Positions 1-12,165 are shown, numbered from the stretch's first letter. The stretch is DNA of 64,000 bases from Camelus dromedarius (GCF_036321535.1 NC_087437.1:39434001-39498000), one strand, 5' to 3'. Translations and numbers: made by a program. Notes: generated from the sequence alone by a model not told the origin.

Positions 1-536
1 TTTAGTACATATAGCAGGATTTCACACAGAGGGATCCATGGTCCTTTTGACACAGTTTAAGAGATGAAAGAGTTGAATTTAAAGTCATGTCATTTTCAAT
101 AACATAAGCACAAATAATTGTGTTTTTAACTTAAGGACAAATTTCCTATAATTGTGTACTCTGGGTAAGTATCACCTTTTCTGGACCTTAAGACACCTAA
201 TCCATTTTCTCCGTGTCCCTCACAATGGACTGCTATCAGCTCTATTGAATAATCTAATTCTGAAAAGACACTGGAAAAATATAAGTTGCTGTCCTGTTTT
301 CTTTTTTCAACTTTGTCACTAACTTCCTTGGCACTCCCCAGCCTCCTCCTGTTTTCCATTAAAGTCCTTACTTTTTTTATATAACATTCTTGCATGGGGA
401 AAAGATACGACATGGTTAACCAGAATTCTTTACAAGCCTATCATTATCTTACTGAATTCCAAGAAATAGTAGTAAAAAGACTGTGTGATAGAAAAGCATA
501 TTTCAATTGGTTTTATTTTGACTTTTCACCTCACAG

Positions 537-668
537 AATGCAGGTCAGGCCAGTATGGACCTAACTGCTCTTTGAAGTGCCAGTGTCTCCACACAGCTGG
601 CTGTAACCCCCTCAACGGGATCTGCACTTGCCCTGTGAGGAGAATGGGACCAACCTGTGCAGAGGATG
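537..668 (+). CDS. EGFEM1: Coding exon: last 8-Cys laminin-type EGF-like repeat of a MEGF6-family protein (probably EGFEM1)
   Basis: Polypyrimidine tract plus cag acceptor (ttttgacttttcacctcacag|A, 536/537) and donor G|gtttgg (668/669) give a 132-nt phase-1/phase-1 exon. It encodes (E)CRSGQYGPNCSLKCQCLHTAGCNPLNGICTCPVRRMGPTCAED with all 8 Cys, resembling the final repeat of MEGF6 as recalled (C..GqfGP.C.L.C.C...a.C.P..G.C.C....MGPTC.E). The AT-rich, L1-rich setting favours the paralogue EGFEM1 over GC-rich MEGF6. The exon call is strong; the gene symbol is an inference (~0.65). Confidence 0.85.
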
Positions 669-767
669 GTTTGGACAACCCTCAATAACCAAATACTAAC
701 AGCTTTTCAGTGGATGAATAGAATGTTGCTGAGGTTCACCCACGGTTCATCATCTTAACTTTGGCAG

Positions 768-816
768 AGAAACGTACTTACCCAACCATCTTCGGCCCAA
801 CCTCGCCTGTTGTGAG
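768..816 (+). CDS. EGFEM1: Putative penultimate coding exon (49 nt) of the same gene: (E)KRTYPTIFGPTSPVV(R)
   Basis: Acceptor cttaactttggcag|A (767/768) follows a 99-nt intron; donor is GAG|gtgaaa (816/817). It is open in the phase-1 frame inherited from the EGF exon and has 3 CpGs in 49 nt against a CpG-poor background. The Pro/Ser/Thr-rich short tail is like the MEGF6 C-terminus. Confidence 0.55.
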
Positions 817-1749
817 GTGAAAAACAGGACGTCTCAACTTTATGGCCTCCAAGCATACGTTCCATTCTCTAGCCTACCCTTCCCAACTTCCTTTTGCTGA
901 AGAACATGCCCGAGAAAAAGAGAATGTTTTTTCAAGATCCCAATTGTAGTAACATTTTGGACTAATAAATGAAACTCCTTTTTTATATGCACAGGCGGTA
1001 TTTAAATTTGGAAGTAAGAACTGCTTTTCAGTTCAGGTTGGACTACACTGAAATATTCACACCTATTCACTGAAGACCTCAGTGGCCATTAAGTAGCTGG
1101 ATCCTCTTTAGAAATGTCTAGAATTTCATCTATTTATTCTCAGTATCCTGCTTCACAGCTCAGTCAGCTTCAGATTGTTAAGGTATTGTATTTCAAACAC
1201 AGCTTTTGGTGTGGGAGACCATTAAGACGTTAGCCACATAAAGATCAGGGTGAAAGCATGACGTCCACACTTACAATGAATCATCAAAATGTTTAGTGGT
1301 GTTCTCCCCTTCACTGGTCAGTGGACAGGAAGGAAAAGTGAGAAGAAGTGATCAAGACAAGTGCTTAGCCTGCTCTGGGGGACACAGATTCCCCGTAGAA
1401 TATGGCCTGATTGGAATCAGGTTTTTAATCCACATTGTAGTCTTGACTCACATGGCTCATCCTTTGGGTCAGTTCTACAGCCATTTGTAAGCATGAGTCC
1501 TTTGATAAGCCCCAGAAAGATACAGCAATAAATATCATCGTGTTTTTGCTCTCAACTAGTTGATCAGTATTTAGCATTTCATATGACAGGTTAATTCACA
1601 TGAAAGAAGAATAATTTTCTTGATTGGAAATGTTGTTACTCATGTTACCCATCCTTTGAGGGATAAAAATAGAGAATACTGAAATTATCTGACTAGATAT
1701 TTGACTTAATGCATAATGTCTAGTGTAACTTTTAAAGCAAAACTTAAGA

Positions 1750-1891
1750 TTTTTTTCAGATTCTTTTCCATTACAGCTCATTACAAGAAACTGAATAATA
1801 TATATATGTATAACTGAATCACTTTGCTGTGTGCCTGAAACTAACATTGTAAACTGACTACACTTCAATAAAAAATAAGAATTAAAAAAAA
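1750..1891 (+). mobile_element. Short 5'-inverted L1 3'-end insertion (artiodactyl-type 3' UTR)
   Basis: 1797-1891 is a sense L1 3' end (gtataactgaatcactttgctgt...cttcaataaaaa...A-tail). 1750-1796 is the reverse complement of the adjacent upstream consensus segment. Imperfect flanking repeat aaaactt(attt)aagat. Confidence 0.75.
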
Positions 1892-2390
1892 CTTATTTAA
1901 GATAGAATTGATGGAAGGTTTATGAAAAATACTTGGTGTTATCGATTCAGTATAGTTCTGATCTCTACTTAACATTTATCTTCCTATATCTCAGCACGTA
2001 TAACAGAGATACAGCATGACTACAATAGGCCGCCATGTCAAATATAACATTATTAAGTAATATAAAGGAATTGATTAGCTAGCTCTCTAAGAGATTACTT
2101 ATAAATTTGCTTTGGTCTTAAAAGAGCTGCAATCAATTTATCCTTTTTTATCCTCCATCTACAGTATTTGGAATTAAAATTTTCTGTTTATATTTAAATT
2201 CACTTTAACTATTTGTATCTGATTGACTGAGAGCTATGCTTTATTGTGAGTATTTGCTCATCTTCTTTACCTTTTATTTTTCAAGCTTCTCTCAACTATC
2301 CTCATCTGACCTGCAAAGAGAATAGGATATATAAAAGCAGCATTCTTTTCTGGGCTGCCATCCACCACTGGACTCCATTTCAAGACTAAA

Positions 2391-2417
2391 ACACACACAC
2401 ACACACACACACACACA
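2391..2417. repeat. (AC)n microsatellite
   Basis: Uninterrupted AC run of ~13 units. Confidence 0.97.
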
Positions 2418-5400
2418 GTGACTGCAAATAGGAAAAAAATAAGTAATCAGGTTTCTCTTCCTTATTAGAGATGTTGTCACCTATTAAGACAGACAAGAAT
2501 TTGGCAGGAAAAAGAAAAGTAAGAGATTTCTTTAGGTTGAATTTTTTTTTTTCTTGTGTATTGCTTAACTCTTTATAAGTGAGAAGCCATATGTAAAATG
2601 TTAAGCACAGTTCTTGGCAAATGGCAGATGGCCCATATATTATCTCCTCTCATCCTCTTTTCCACCTCAAGCTCTAAAACAAATTATGAGAGTGGGAAAG
2701 CAGAGTCATAGCGTGCACCTGTATTTGCACTAATGCCTGACGGGTTAGACAAACTGAGTTTTGCTTTCATTGTTATACCAGCCAACAGGAATTAATGCAA
2801 GTTACTGCAGCACCCTCCCACCTTTTTTTTTTTTTTTTACAAAATTTTTATAGGTTTATTTTTCATATCAAAAAGAAAATAGAAAAATATTTAAAGCCCA
2901 GGAGGTTTCCATTTTTCTTTTAGTCACCTTAAAAAATCTTAAGCGGGACCCTGCAAAAGTTAATAGTCATGTGGTAAGTCATCCCTTCTAAAAATATTTC
3001 AGTTCTTCTCTTTGAGGACACTAGCAGATGTCTAAAAATCATTGTAGGCAATGACATTTCATTCATGGACCAGCATATAATAAATGTTAATCTTAAATAA
3101 TTTAACAGATGGAAAATTATAAAATAGAATTTCCTTGCAAAGTCATATAACAGAATTTAAAAATTCACTTTTAATAACTGGCATGTTAAAATGCTTTAAA
3201 TTAAGAAAATAGCATACAATGACCCATATTTCTTCATTAATTTTTTTCAGTATCTTATAATGACTCACATTTCTGAACAAAGAAACATAGCATACTTTTT
3301 TACTTCTACAAGGATTTACCTGAGCTTTCTGCATGTCAACAGCTATTCAGGTACAGTGAAATGTAATTTGGCTACCAAGATATAATTTGTACAAAATTTT
3401 TAAAAATTCAATTACTGTTTAAAGTGAAGCATGATTTAATAGGCATATTCTCTTTAAACTAAAGTCTGATGACAAATTAGAATCATTGTCATTGGGTAGA
3501 AATACTTTATATAACTCCTTCTACTTTTCCTCCCTATATAAGCTGCCCTTTGAATGTAGAAATGCTGACCCCAACAGAAATTCGTCTACCCATAATACCC
3601 CTTTACAAAGGTGCCTACGCTGTAATGTTTCAGTCTCTTTTATTTGAAATACAAGATCAGAGTGGGGATTACTGTGCTTTTCTGCAATAATATAGCTCAT
3701 ATTTAAAGAAAAGTGAGCAGATGGATGGAAGTGAACTGGCTAATTTGGAGTTTCAGTCTAAAATGCCTGGGATATACCATTTCAATTTGACACCTAACTT
3801 TCCCCCTACTCTTTCTAACTTCTACATTCATTTATTGAGTTTTCCAGATGAGACAGCTATTTGACACAGGTTAAATTATTTTTAGAGAACTTGGAAATCA
3901 TTCCAAGAGTTAGTGGCAAGAATGGCATTTCCTTTGTTAGAAACAGCAAAGAGGGTTTGGCTTCTCCTGGGCCTCCTTCACCTTGGCTTCTCCAGGACCT
4001 GGTAATACAGATGTAGCAAGAATTTAAAAAAGCATTTTGATGAAGTGAACAAATAATAGCAACTGTCTACACTCTAGGAGTTATGTATGCAATTCAGTTG
4101 AAATAACTTTTCATGGTTCTATAACAACAACAAAAAAAATCAAAGTAGCTGAGCTTTTAAAATAGATTTCAAAGTGATTCCAAAGTTTGGACCCTTTGCT
4201 AATCATGTGGAAACTATGTTCTACTTTTTCTGCTTATATTTTAGCTTTTCTAAATCAAAAAAACACAAAAACCAATAATTAAAGTCTAGGAGATATATTT
4301 AAAAGTAGTACACTTCTCTTTTTTATATATTCTTCCAAATACTGACATACATTTTCATCTCTAAATCTTTTGTCAGGATTACATGAAACACCATTTAAAT
4401 ATTCCTCATTTTAATGTTTACGTGCAAATAGCAAATTCTGAAGAATATTCATTCAAATGACTAATATTAATACTTTTATTAATATTCTTCCAGTGAATAT
4501 CTTAAAGCTACATAGAAAATTTTATAGTAATGCCTCCACTTAAAAAATACAAGATTATCTATCAAATATAATTTTATTATTCAGACTTCATGAGAAAAGT
4601 TCAACAATAGTCCATCAGACCAAAAGATTCATGTGAAGAATTGGATATGAAGCGCTTAAGTGTTGACAATATTGGTCTCTTGAAATGTAGAGCATTGGTT
4701 TGTGAATAAAATTCCATATGTAAGGTTAGGATAAATTTGGTAGTGAGTGTTTAACATGCATTTGATGGATAATGGAGCCTGTGACTGATGAGATGTATAA
4801 ATGGTCCATTGGTAATATTTCAAATCATTTATTAATTGAAAAATGGCCTTCGTTAGTGTCACATTTTAACCATTACTTAAGAAGCAGTTTTCTGTATTTT
4901 AGCTCTCTCCTGAATTTACTAATTCACTCAGAAGTATTTATTGTCTACAACACTAGGTACAATTAGGGGCATGAAAAAAATAGTGGTCAGCAAGATGGAT
5001 GTGTTCCCTGCCCACAGAAACTTACAATCTAGTATATGATATTAGCCAAGGAGAACAATGTTTTTAAAACATTCTTAGCTTTGCAGTGAGTTTTATAGTT
5101 CATCAATCCTTTTATAGTTCATTAATCCTTTCCTAAGTCTATTTCTCACAAATTTGTTAATTCTCCTATATTAATACACACTTTGATAAAACAAATGTAT
5201 TTTACCTAACCTTAAAAAAATCCACACACCAGGTTTTACTCTTAATGCCACTACAGGAAATGAAATATTTTTTTAAAAACTCATGAAACACCATTTTACA
5301 TTTATAGAAAACTATATTATTTTTTGCAATGTGAAAGGGAAGTCCACTTTCAAATCTGTTATTGTAGCTCTAATAGCATGGATATTTGGGTAGTGGAAGT

Positions 5401-5603
5401 AGAAGAAAAAAGAAAATATTTCTTTTATTCTTTTCAGTAACCACTGCTGCTTTCTCTGTTGGTCAAGATAAGCGTTTCCCAGTGAAAGGGGAGAGTATCT
5501 AGACATTTTGAAGAATCTGGTTTTATAACAAGGCAAGTAATTCTCTCAAGCAATAAAAAATATGTTGCTATTTTAATGTTGTCTGAAAGCAACATTAGAT
5601 TAC

Positions 5604-5711
5604 TTTTTTAAATTGTGGCAAAACACAACATAAAATTTACCAACTTAACCCTTTTTAAGTGTACAGTTCAGTGGTATTGAAAACATTGCATTGTTGGGCT
5701 ATAGTCATCAA
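5604..5711 (-). mobile_element. Old L1 (L1MA/L1MB-like) 3'-end fragment
   Basis: ttttttaaattgtggcaaaacacaacataaaatttacc...aagtgtacagttcagtggtatt is a typical reverse-complemented L1MB-type 3' end. Flanks agattactttt / agattattttc resemble a decayed TSD. Confidence 0.7.
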
Positions 5712-6671
5712 AGATTATTTCTTTTAACATGGAAGACCTTCTTGATGCCAATTGAGTAACATGCAGAGGCTTCAGGACAGTTTGGTCCACCTGAATAGCT
5801 GAACTCATGTCCTGCCTAAACTTGTGAAATTTTTCATATTCTGTGAATACTTTGATTATTTGAAAACATACAGTCTATCAGTTTCTTCCTATTTGCTAGG
5901 CATTTCTGAAACAAAGACATACTTCACCTTTAAACTGTTAGAATTTCCTTTAAAGATTGTGCAGCTAGAAAAGCAGTCACTGTTCAGTTAGCAAATCACA
6001 CTTGTAGCTCATCCACTTCACCGCATTTCTAAAGTTACTGAAAAAACAGTAAACAATCAGCAAGCTCATTGTGTGCTATGAAATATCAAGCAAGCTTGTA
6101 ATTCTGCTTTGAACGACCCTCATGGATTTTCCGTATTTGTACCCTTTTCCTAAATATCTGCTTCCTGGACTCGACTGTGGCCTTGAGGCAGACACAGTAT
6201 CAAGGCTATGGTATGGCAGCTCCCAGGCCGTGAGGCCTCAAGCAATGAGTATTCCATGGAATTACAAATTAATGATATTTAATAAGGAGAAAGTGGGCAG
6301 AAGAGGAGAATTGCTTGGGTCTTATAGTCAATAACAACACCTAGAATACTCTGGGTTAAACATGTAAATAGTGTCCTTCACTGTAATACTTGTTTGGAGC
6401 TTTAATATAGATTTGTGAATTTCAAATAGGAAGGCACAGTATGCAAAGAATTCCAAATTGCTTAACTAGGTATTTCCTTTTTTGAGGGGTGTTTTGAAAA
6501 ACTAGTGTCTCAAGAAATATCTTTTGTTAAAAATGGGGGAAAATGTATACTTGAGTGAGTCCTCAAAAAATGCTTGGTCTGGATACCCTGATCACACATT
6601 TTTATGGTGTTTCTACTAATTGCCTGAGAGAATTCTAAGCAAGGCTTGTATTACTTTATAGTTTCCCACAG

Positions 6672-6690
6672 ATCAGCTATGAGCTGGTAA
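6672..6690 (+). CDS. EGFEM1: Putative final coding segment (R)SAMSW* of the same gene
   Basis: Acceptor tttatagtttcccacag|A (6671/6672). A phase-2 join AG|A gives R-S-A-M-S-W-TAA (stop 6688-6690), reminiscent of the short 'R-AM-xx-stop' ending recalled for rodent MEGF6. Confidence 0.45.
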
Positions 6691-9250
6691 GTATTTCTCA
6701 AAAAGGAGCTTTGAAATGCAAAGTAAAATGTTGATGAAACTTTTTAAAGAGATCTGCCTTTCTTTTTTTGTCTAAATAATATGAGAAATTAAGGGAATAC
6801 TTTTTAAAAACATTAAAGACAGTTAGGAAGGTGTGAAATAAGTTGTATTCTTTTAAAATGAAACATTATAAAAGTTATACAGAAATATGTGTTAGAAAAT
6901 ACAAGACTATAGTTTTGCTAACATCTGGGCATTTTATAGGAGTTTTACATACCATATTTTGAACAACCCAGGGGGGTTATTTAAATGCATTAAAAATTCC
7001 AAAGCAAGAATGTTTACTAGCACATTGGAATGAGTATCACTTCTTTTTGAGAATTGCTAAATGGTTATGTAAGTTGTTGTCATGTCATAATTGAAGTGTA
7101 TGGATTCTAGTAATACTAGAGTTGTTAAGATCTTTTGTTCACTAATGATCATCATATCATTTACCAAATGTTTAACATAAATTATCCCCAGCTACACACA
7201 GACACACACACACAGACCTATTTATGTGGACGGTGGTGAAAAGGTTGTGGAGGATTTCCTTTTGGATTATATATTTAGACATTTTCTGTTAAAATCCATT
7301 AAAATTTCCAAATTATTACAAATAAATGTGTCGACTGTAGTATTCAGAAAAAAAAAATCTTTCTCACTTGTAAACACCTCCATTTCTACATGACTTGTAT
7401 ATGTACGTATACTTACTTAAATTTAAAAACTAATAAAATGCAATCCCATATGAAACACAGCTCATATCGGATCAGGCTAAAATATATCCTCTGTTCATAA
7501 AATTTGAGATACTCTAACCTAGCTATATTATGTGTTAGGTAATCAAACAAAACAAGGGGATCAACCCTTCTGGAATAGAGAATCCTCTGTACTTGGAATC
7601 ATAGAAACACAGAACTGGAAAAGACCTTAAAGCTCCTCTAGTCATTTTTTACAGGAAACTGAGGAAGGAAACTGAGACTCACAGAACCAAAACATTTTAT
7701 CTCTTATCTCTGGTCTCATGTCTTTCATCTTTTGCCTTTGGATTCTGTCTTTTCCAAGACGTATGAAAAATTCTTCTGGCTTAGGAGGGTCAGTGAACTT
7801 TGCTTTACAGAAATCCCTTTGAATTTTAGCTTTAGTGTCAGAGACCTTCCAAACTTGCAATGTCACCATTTATTAAATGTCTATGCTGTATCTGGGAGCT
7901 GTAGTTTTATACAGATGTAAGGGGTTGAAGCCAGTGAGAGGTTCACGGTCCTCTAATCATTTCATTGCCTCCTCCAAAAAGTAATCTGAATTTTAAACAT
8001 TTTTATAACTTCTTTAGCATATTTTATTCAACACTTATATTTTATATGTTTAAAAGACAGTTTTGCCTTCATACTTTGGCAATATCTTATTTGCCTCAGC
8101 TATCAATTTCTGCAATAAATGATAAGCATAGTTCCTAGATTCAAGCCACACACACCTGAATTCTTTAAGTTTATTATATAAGAGCCAAAGAGACCTCTGA
8201 GAAGCTTTATTAGTAATACCTCCTCTTGTAGCCATTAGGAAAAGCTGCATTAACTTTTTTTTTTCCATTAGTGTAAGACCGCTTGAAGTGGAAACCTCAG
8301 TGATAACAATGAATCTATTCCAAATAAATTTAACTAACCAAGTGTGCTGCCTTATATATACTTACTCATCAAAGATATATTCAAGGAAATGTAGAATAAT
8401 TAAACAAAAATGGATGATCCAAATATGTGCATACTTCAAAAGCAATGGTTATCAAACCTGATCAAGAAGCATCTGAGTATCACGGTGCCCAAGGTGGGAT
8501 ATGAATTATTGGAATATTAGATTATATTACATGATGGGGAATCAGAGCTTAGAGAAACTATAACTCTGTGATAGGTATGTGGTACAGAAATCTTAGACAC
8601 AAATGTATGTGACCACAAACATTTATTAACTGTCTAATAGGCACAGTATCACCTAAAAAATTCTATCAATACATAATGTATGATAGTAGGACATTCACTT
8701 TGTCAGACTCAACAATTATCAGGCATCAGTTTTTTAAAGGAAAAACTTTTATTGGTCAAAATGTTAAAGAAAATTTAAATAAATGTGAACTGAGAAAATA
8801 CTGGCCATATTCAACTAAGGAGGGAAACCATTTCCCAAGCTTCCAGCCCACCATCGTTCAGTGTGAGAACTGTTGCTCCAAAATCTATATTGTGTTTTGT
8901 TGATCAGTAATTTAAATAATAGGTAAATACGGTAACTGTATTTCCATCTACAAATGTATAATTTTTAAAAGTAGAAAATGTAAAACTTTACTCAATAATG
9001 TACTTTTTTACAAACTTGTGTATTATAAAAATGGTGCTTTTTTATATAAATGTTTTTATGATATATTTTATCTGTGATAATGTATGTGTTGAGTCATAAG
9101 CATAACAAATATTGTGGACTGAATTGTTTAAACTTGAGATGTCAGTAGCTAGCTTATAAGACAAAAAGGTTAAATAAGTCTGACATTTCTTTGGTCCCCA
9201 TCAGTTGATTTGACAACATCAATTCACTAACTGATACGATGTTTTTTCCA
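6691..9250 (+). other. Possible long AU-rich 3' UTR of the EGF-repeat gene
   Basis: Lies downstream of the putative stop. AATAAA occurs at 7321, 7432, 8114, 8322 and 8778; a very U/A-rich block at ~8900-9180 is followed by GT-rich sequence at ~9240-9280. The true 3' end cannot be determined from sequence alone. Confidence 0.3.
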
Positions 9251-9644
9251 CTCTGATTATTTGACTGTGTTTGTTGTGACAAATTAATCTTTTTGAGAGG
9301 TTTTCCTTTCCCCTTAATCTCCTTGGTCTATTCTGGTATTTATAGTTTTTTCTTTTGTTTTTTCTCTTGGATGTTGTATCTTGGTTCCTTTTTTTTTCCT
9401 GCTTTGTAAATAAGAACATTTTATCTTTTCTAACTCACAGAGTTGGTGCCAAATTATTTGTTCATGAGGGAGTACTTCTTAAACGCTGTAGTATCACATG
9501 TATGTTATTATTACCCATTTCACTATTATTTAATCAAGCAAAATGCAGTGAATCAACTGACTCAGTGTATAGATAAAGTGGTTTTTACAGATGTTTCTTC
9601 TCAAACTGATTATATGTGTTTATCTTTGGATAATAACAATAATT

Positions 9645-9895
9645 ATTTAATTGGCTAATGACATTTATCAAGTCCTTAATATACACCAGACACCGTAATA
9701 AGCATTTTTCAAACAATTTACTTAATCTTCATAATAATTATTTGATAGATATGAGTTTGCATCTGATTTTTCTTTTTAACAGTTGGAAAAGTTGAGACTC
9801 AAAGGAATCTAATCTCTTGCTGAGGTCATACAGCTCCTACATGGACAGAGCTCAGGTTTGCCTGATTCTGGGGACCAAGCTCTTGACTGTGCTGT
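9645..9895 (-). mobile_element. MIR SINE
   Basis: Reverse-complement MIR core (acag.tg.gaaa..tgagactcaaagga...aa...cttgctgaggtcatacagct). Confidence 0.7.
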
Positions 9896-10399
9896 ACATA
9901 CAATTCTAAAACACTACTGCAGAGGATGAAAATCCATACATAGCTGAAAATCTGGGAAGGTAAGAAAATGAGAGTAGGTTCATATTTCAGATTCTGATCA
10001 AGACACATGGATCATTTTCAACCACGATCATTTTTGGCACATAAAAAAAAAAGTGTGTGTCTTTTTTTTTTCTTGACATGTATACAGACAATGATTAAAC
10101 AAATGGTATCTCCGAGTGGCCTTAACATTAGACAGAGAGCGTTCACATTAATTCCATCTGTACCTTGTTCTCTCCCAATTCCCAACCAGATTCTTAAAAA
10201 TCAGAATAAAAAAAAAATATTCCTAGGGTAATCTAACTAAGGTATTACATGCTTTGGTTCTTAGCTGACAACAATATTTCCAAACAGCTTTCTCTCCTAC
10301 TTATCTGTCCACTTAACTTCAGACTTTACAGACACGTTTTACTGGGAAAGGTGTTAGGTTTTCTTTTCACATTTGTGGGAATGTAATACTCCACTTCTC

Positions 10400-10750
10400 A
10401 AGACTCCTAGGGCTAAAGCTTAACACTCCTCATTTTAAAACTTTTGATGATGACCCTTTGACTGCACGAGAGATCCATCATCTCTACCATCTCCTTCCAA
10501 CTTGCATTTTCCCATCCATTCTGCCACGTGATCTCCAGCCACATCAGAGAACTTGTTCTTCCCTTGAATTCGTCATGCCTTCATGCCATCCTCTCGACTT
10601 CAAATACTCGTTATTCTCTGCATGGTGAAGTTATTCACCCTTAAAAGCTCGTTCAAAGTCTAACCTAGTCCTAAACTCCCCACCCAAAAGTATAAAGAAG
10701 TTTTCTGTTTGGGCTCCTACAGCCCAGAAGCTGGCACATAATGAGAGGGA
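10400..10750 (+). mobile_element. L2 fragment
   Basis: Pyrimidine-rich L2-like text (tctccagccacatcagagaacttgttcttccct..., gctggcacata). Confidence 0.5.
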
Positions 10751-11969
10751 AACAGTGATTTATGGAATTGTCAACTACATTAAAAATGAATTAGAGACTG
10801 ATCTATCTGTCAGGAGGCCTCTTCTCTCTTACAAAATTTAAAGCTCCTTGTTTAAATTTCAAACACTCATTCCCCTTGTGGCTATAATTGGCTTGGACTA
10901 GCAATAGCCAAGTGAACATGTGTGGACAGTAGATGCCAAATAATGCAATTTTATTGAAATATTCATGTGGCTTTTGTGTTGGCGGGAAACTATACTGCTA
11001 TCCCAGCACATATACATGGTTCGAAAAATGCAGCATAAGGAAAAACCCAGATCCCATCTGCCAGGCAAAATAGCTATAAAGTGGAGAAATCAAGCTTTTA
11101 ATGAATCCACTGAGAGTAACTTGAGTTATTTTTTAATGTAAAAGCAAATAAACTCTTGGGCAGGGCTGCATAGCCATATAGTATACTTTTAATTTATAGC
11201 TAGGCTAAATCCAAATCCTGGTTTTAGCTAAATTAGAATGTTCCCAGAAGAGAGAATGATAGACAACACAAGTGGGCTTATGCTGGCCTTCGAAAATCGG
11301 GCTTATTGTCCAAGGGACTAGAATTCCATCCTCAATTCAAGACAAGTAAACATTTCTCCATATATTCATGAAACTCACTGTGCGACTTGGCTGGATTTCT
11401 CTGTTTTCTTTAGCACATGTCCACAAAAACAAGAGTGTTTCTCTTCCGTATTCCACTCCGAATGAGTGTGGGATAAGATCAAACACCTGTTCTTTCTTCT
11501 TTCTTGGCCAACATTGTCCATCTCCATTTTCAGACTACCATTTTGATGAATGCTTCTTTCCTACTAATAGACTCATTGAAAATATAACTAATTCAGAGGA
11601 TTTTTCTGGTTAACAAAGAAAGATTCCCTGTATTGATAAAAATTAATTATAATTTACATCATGGAAAAGCTAAGACATTGCAAGCAATCAGAGGTATTTG
11701 GGTCCTGTTACTACTGAGATGCTTTGTTCTCCTTAATACTTCACAGCATGGAGAACTCTGCAGAAATGTGGCTTTGAATCATTCATTTGTCCTGTACCAA
11801 TTGACGATCCTGGAGAGCAGTTTAACACGCCTGTCTCAGGAAGGGGATAACTCAACTCAGGTCCCATTTGTCCTACAGGGTGTTGTGGGCATGTTCATGC
11901 TATCACAGTGAAGCCCTACAGGTTGTTCGAGTAATTGTACATGAATGCATTTTAAAAATTCTGTGCCTC

Positions 11970-12165
11970 AGTCTTAGAGTCAGGAAACCTGAGTTTGTAT
12001 CCCAGCTCTACCTCTGGGCAGCAGAATACTTAATCTTTTAAACTACATTTTTCTCCTCTGGATAGAGATGGACAAATTTCTTCACTCAAAGTTAACAAGA
12101 AATTTAAATGAAAACAGAGAGCACAGCGCCTGAAACACATAGATAATAAATATAAGTGGAATCTG
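11970..12165 (+). mobile_element. MIR SINE
   Basis: tagagtcaggaaacctgagtttgtatcccagctctacc...agcacagcgcctgaaacacatag resembles MIR consensus. Confidence 0.65.

Noticed and set aside
485..536. N-terminal 'signal-like' part of the 67-aa ORF
   Set aside because: It is the intronic polypyrimidine tract read in frame from a GTG; the real exon begins at 537.
3543..3610. Possible exon (taag|CTGCCC...CAAAG|gtgcct)
   Set aside because: Weak acceptor and donor; stop codons arise in the phases needed to join the upstream exons (TGA in phase 1, TAG in phase 2).
8676..8903. 75-aa ATG ORF with a CENCC motif
   Set aside because: No recognisable domain or splice context; lies in probable 3' UTR and its length is within chance expectation.
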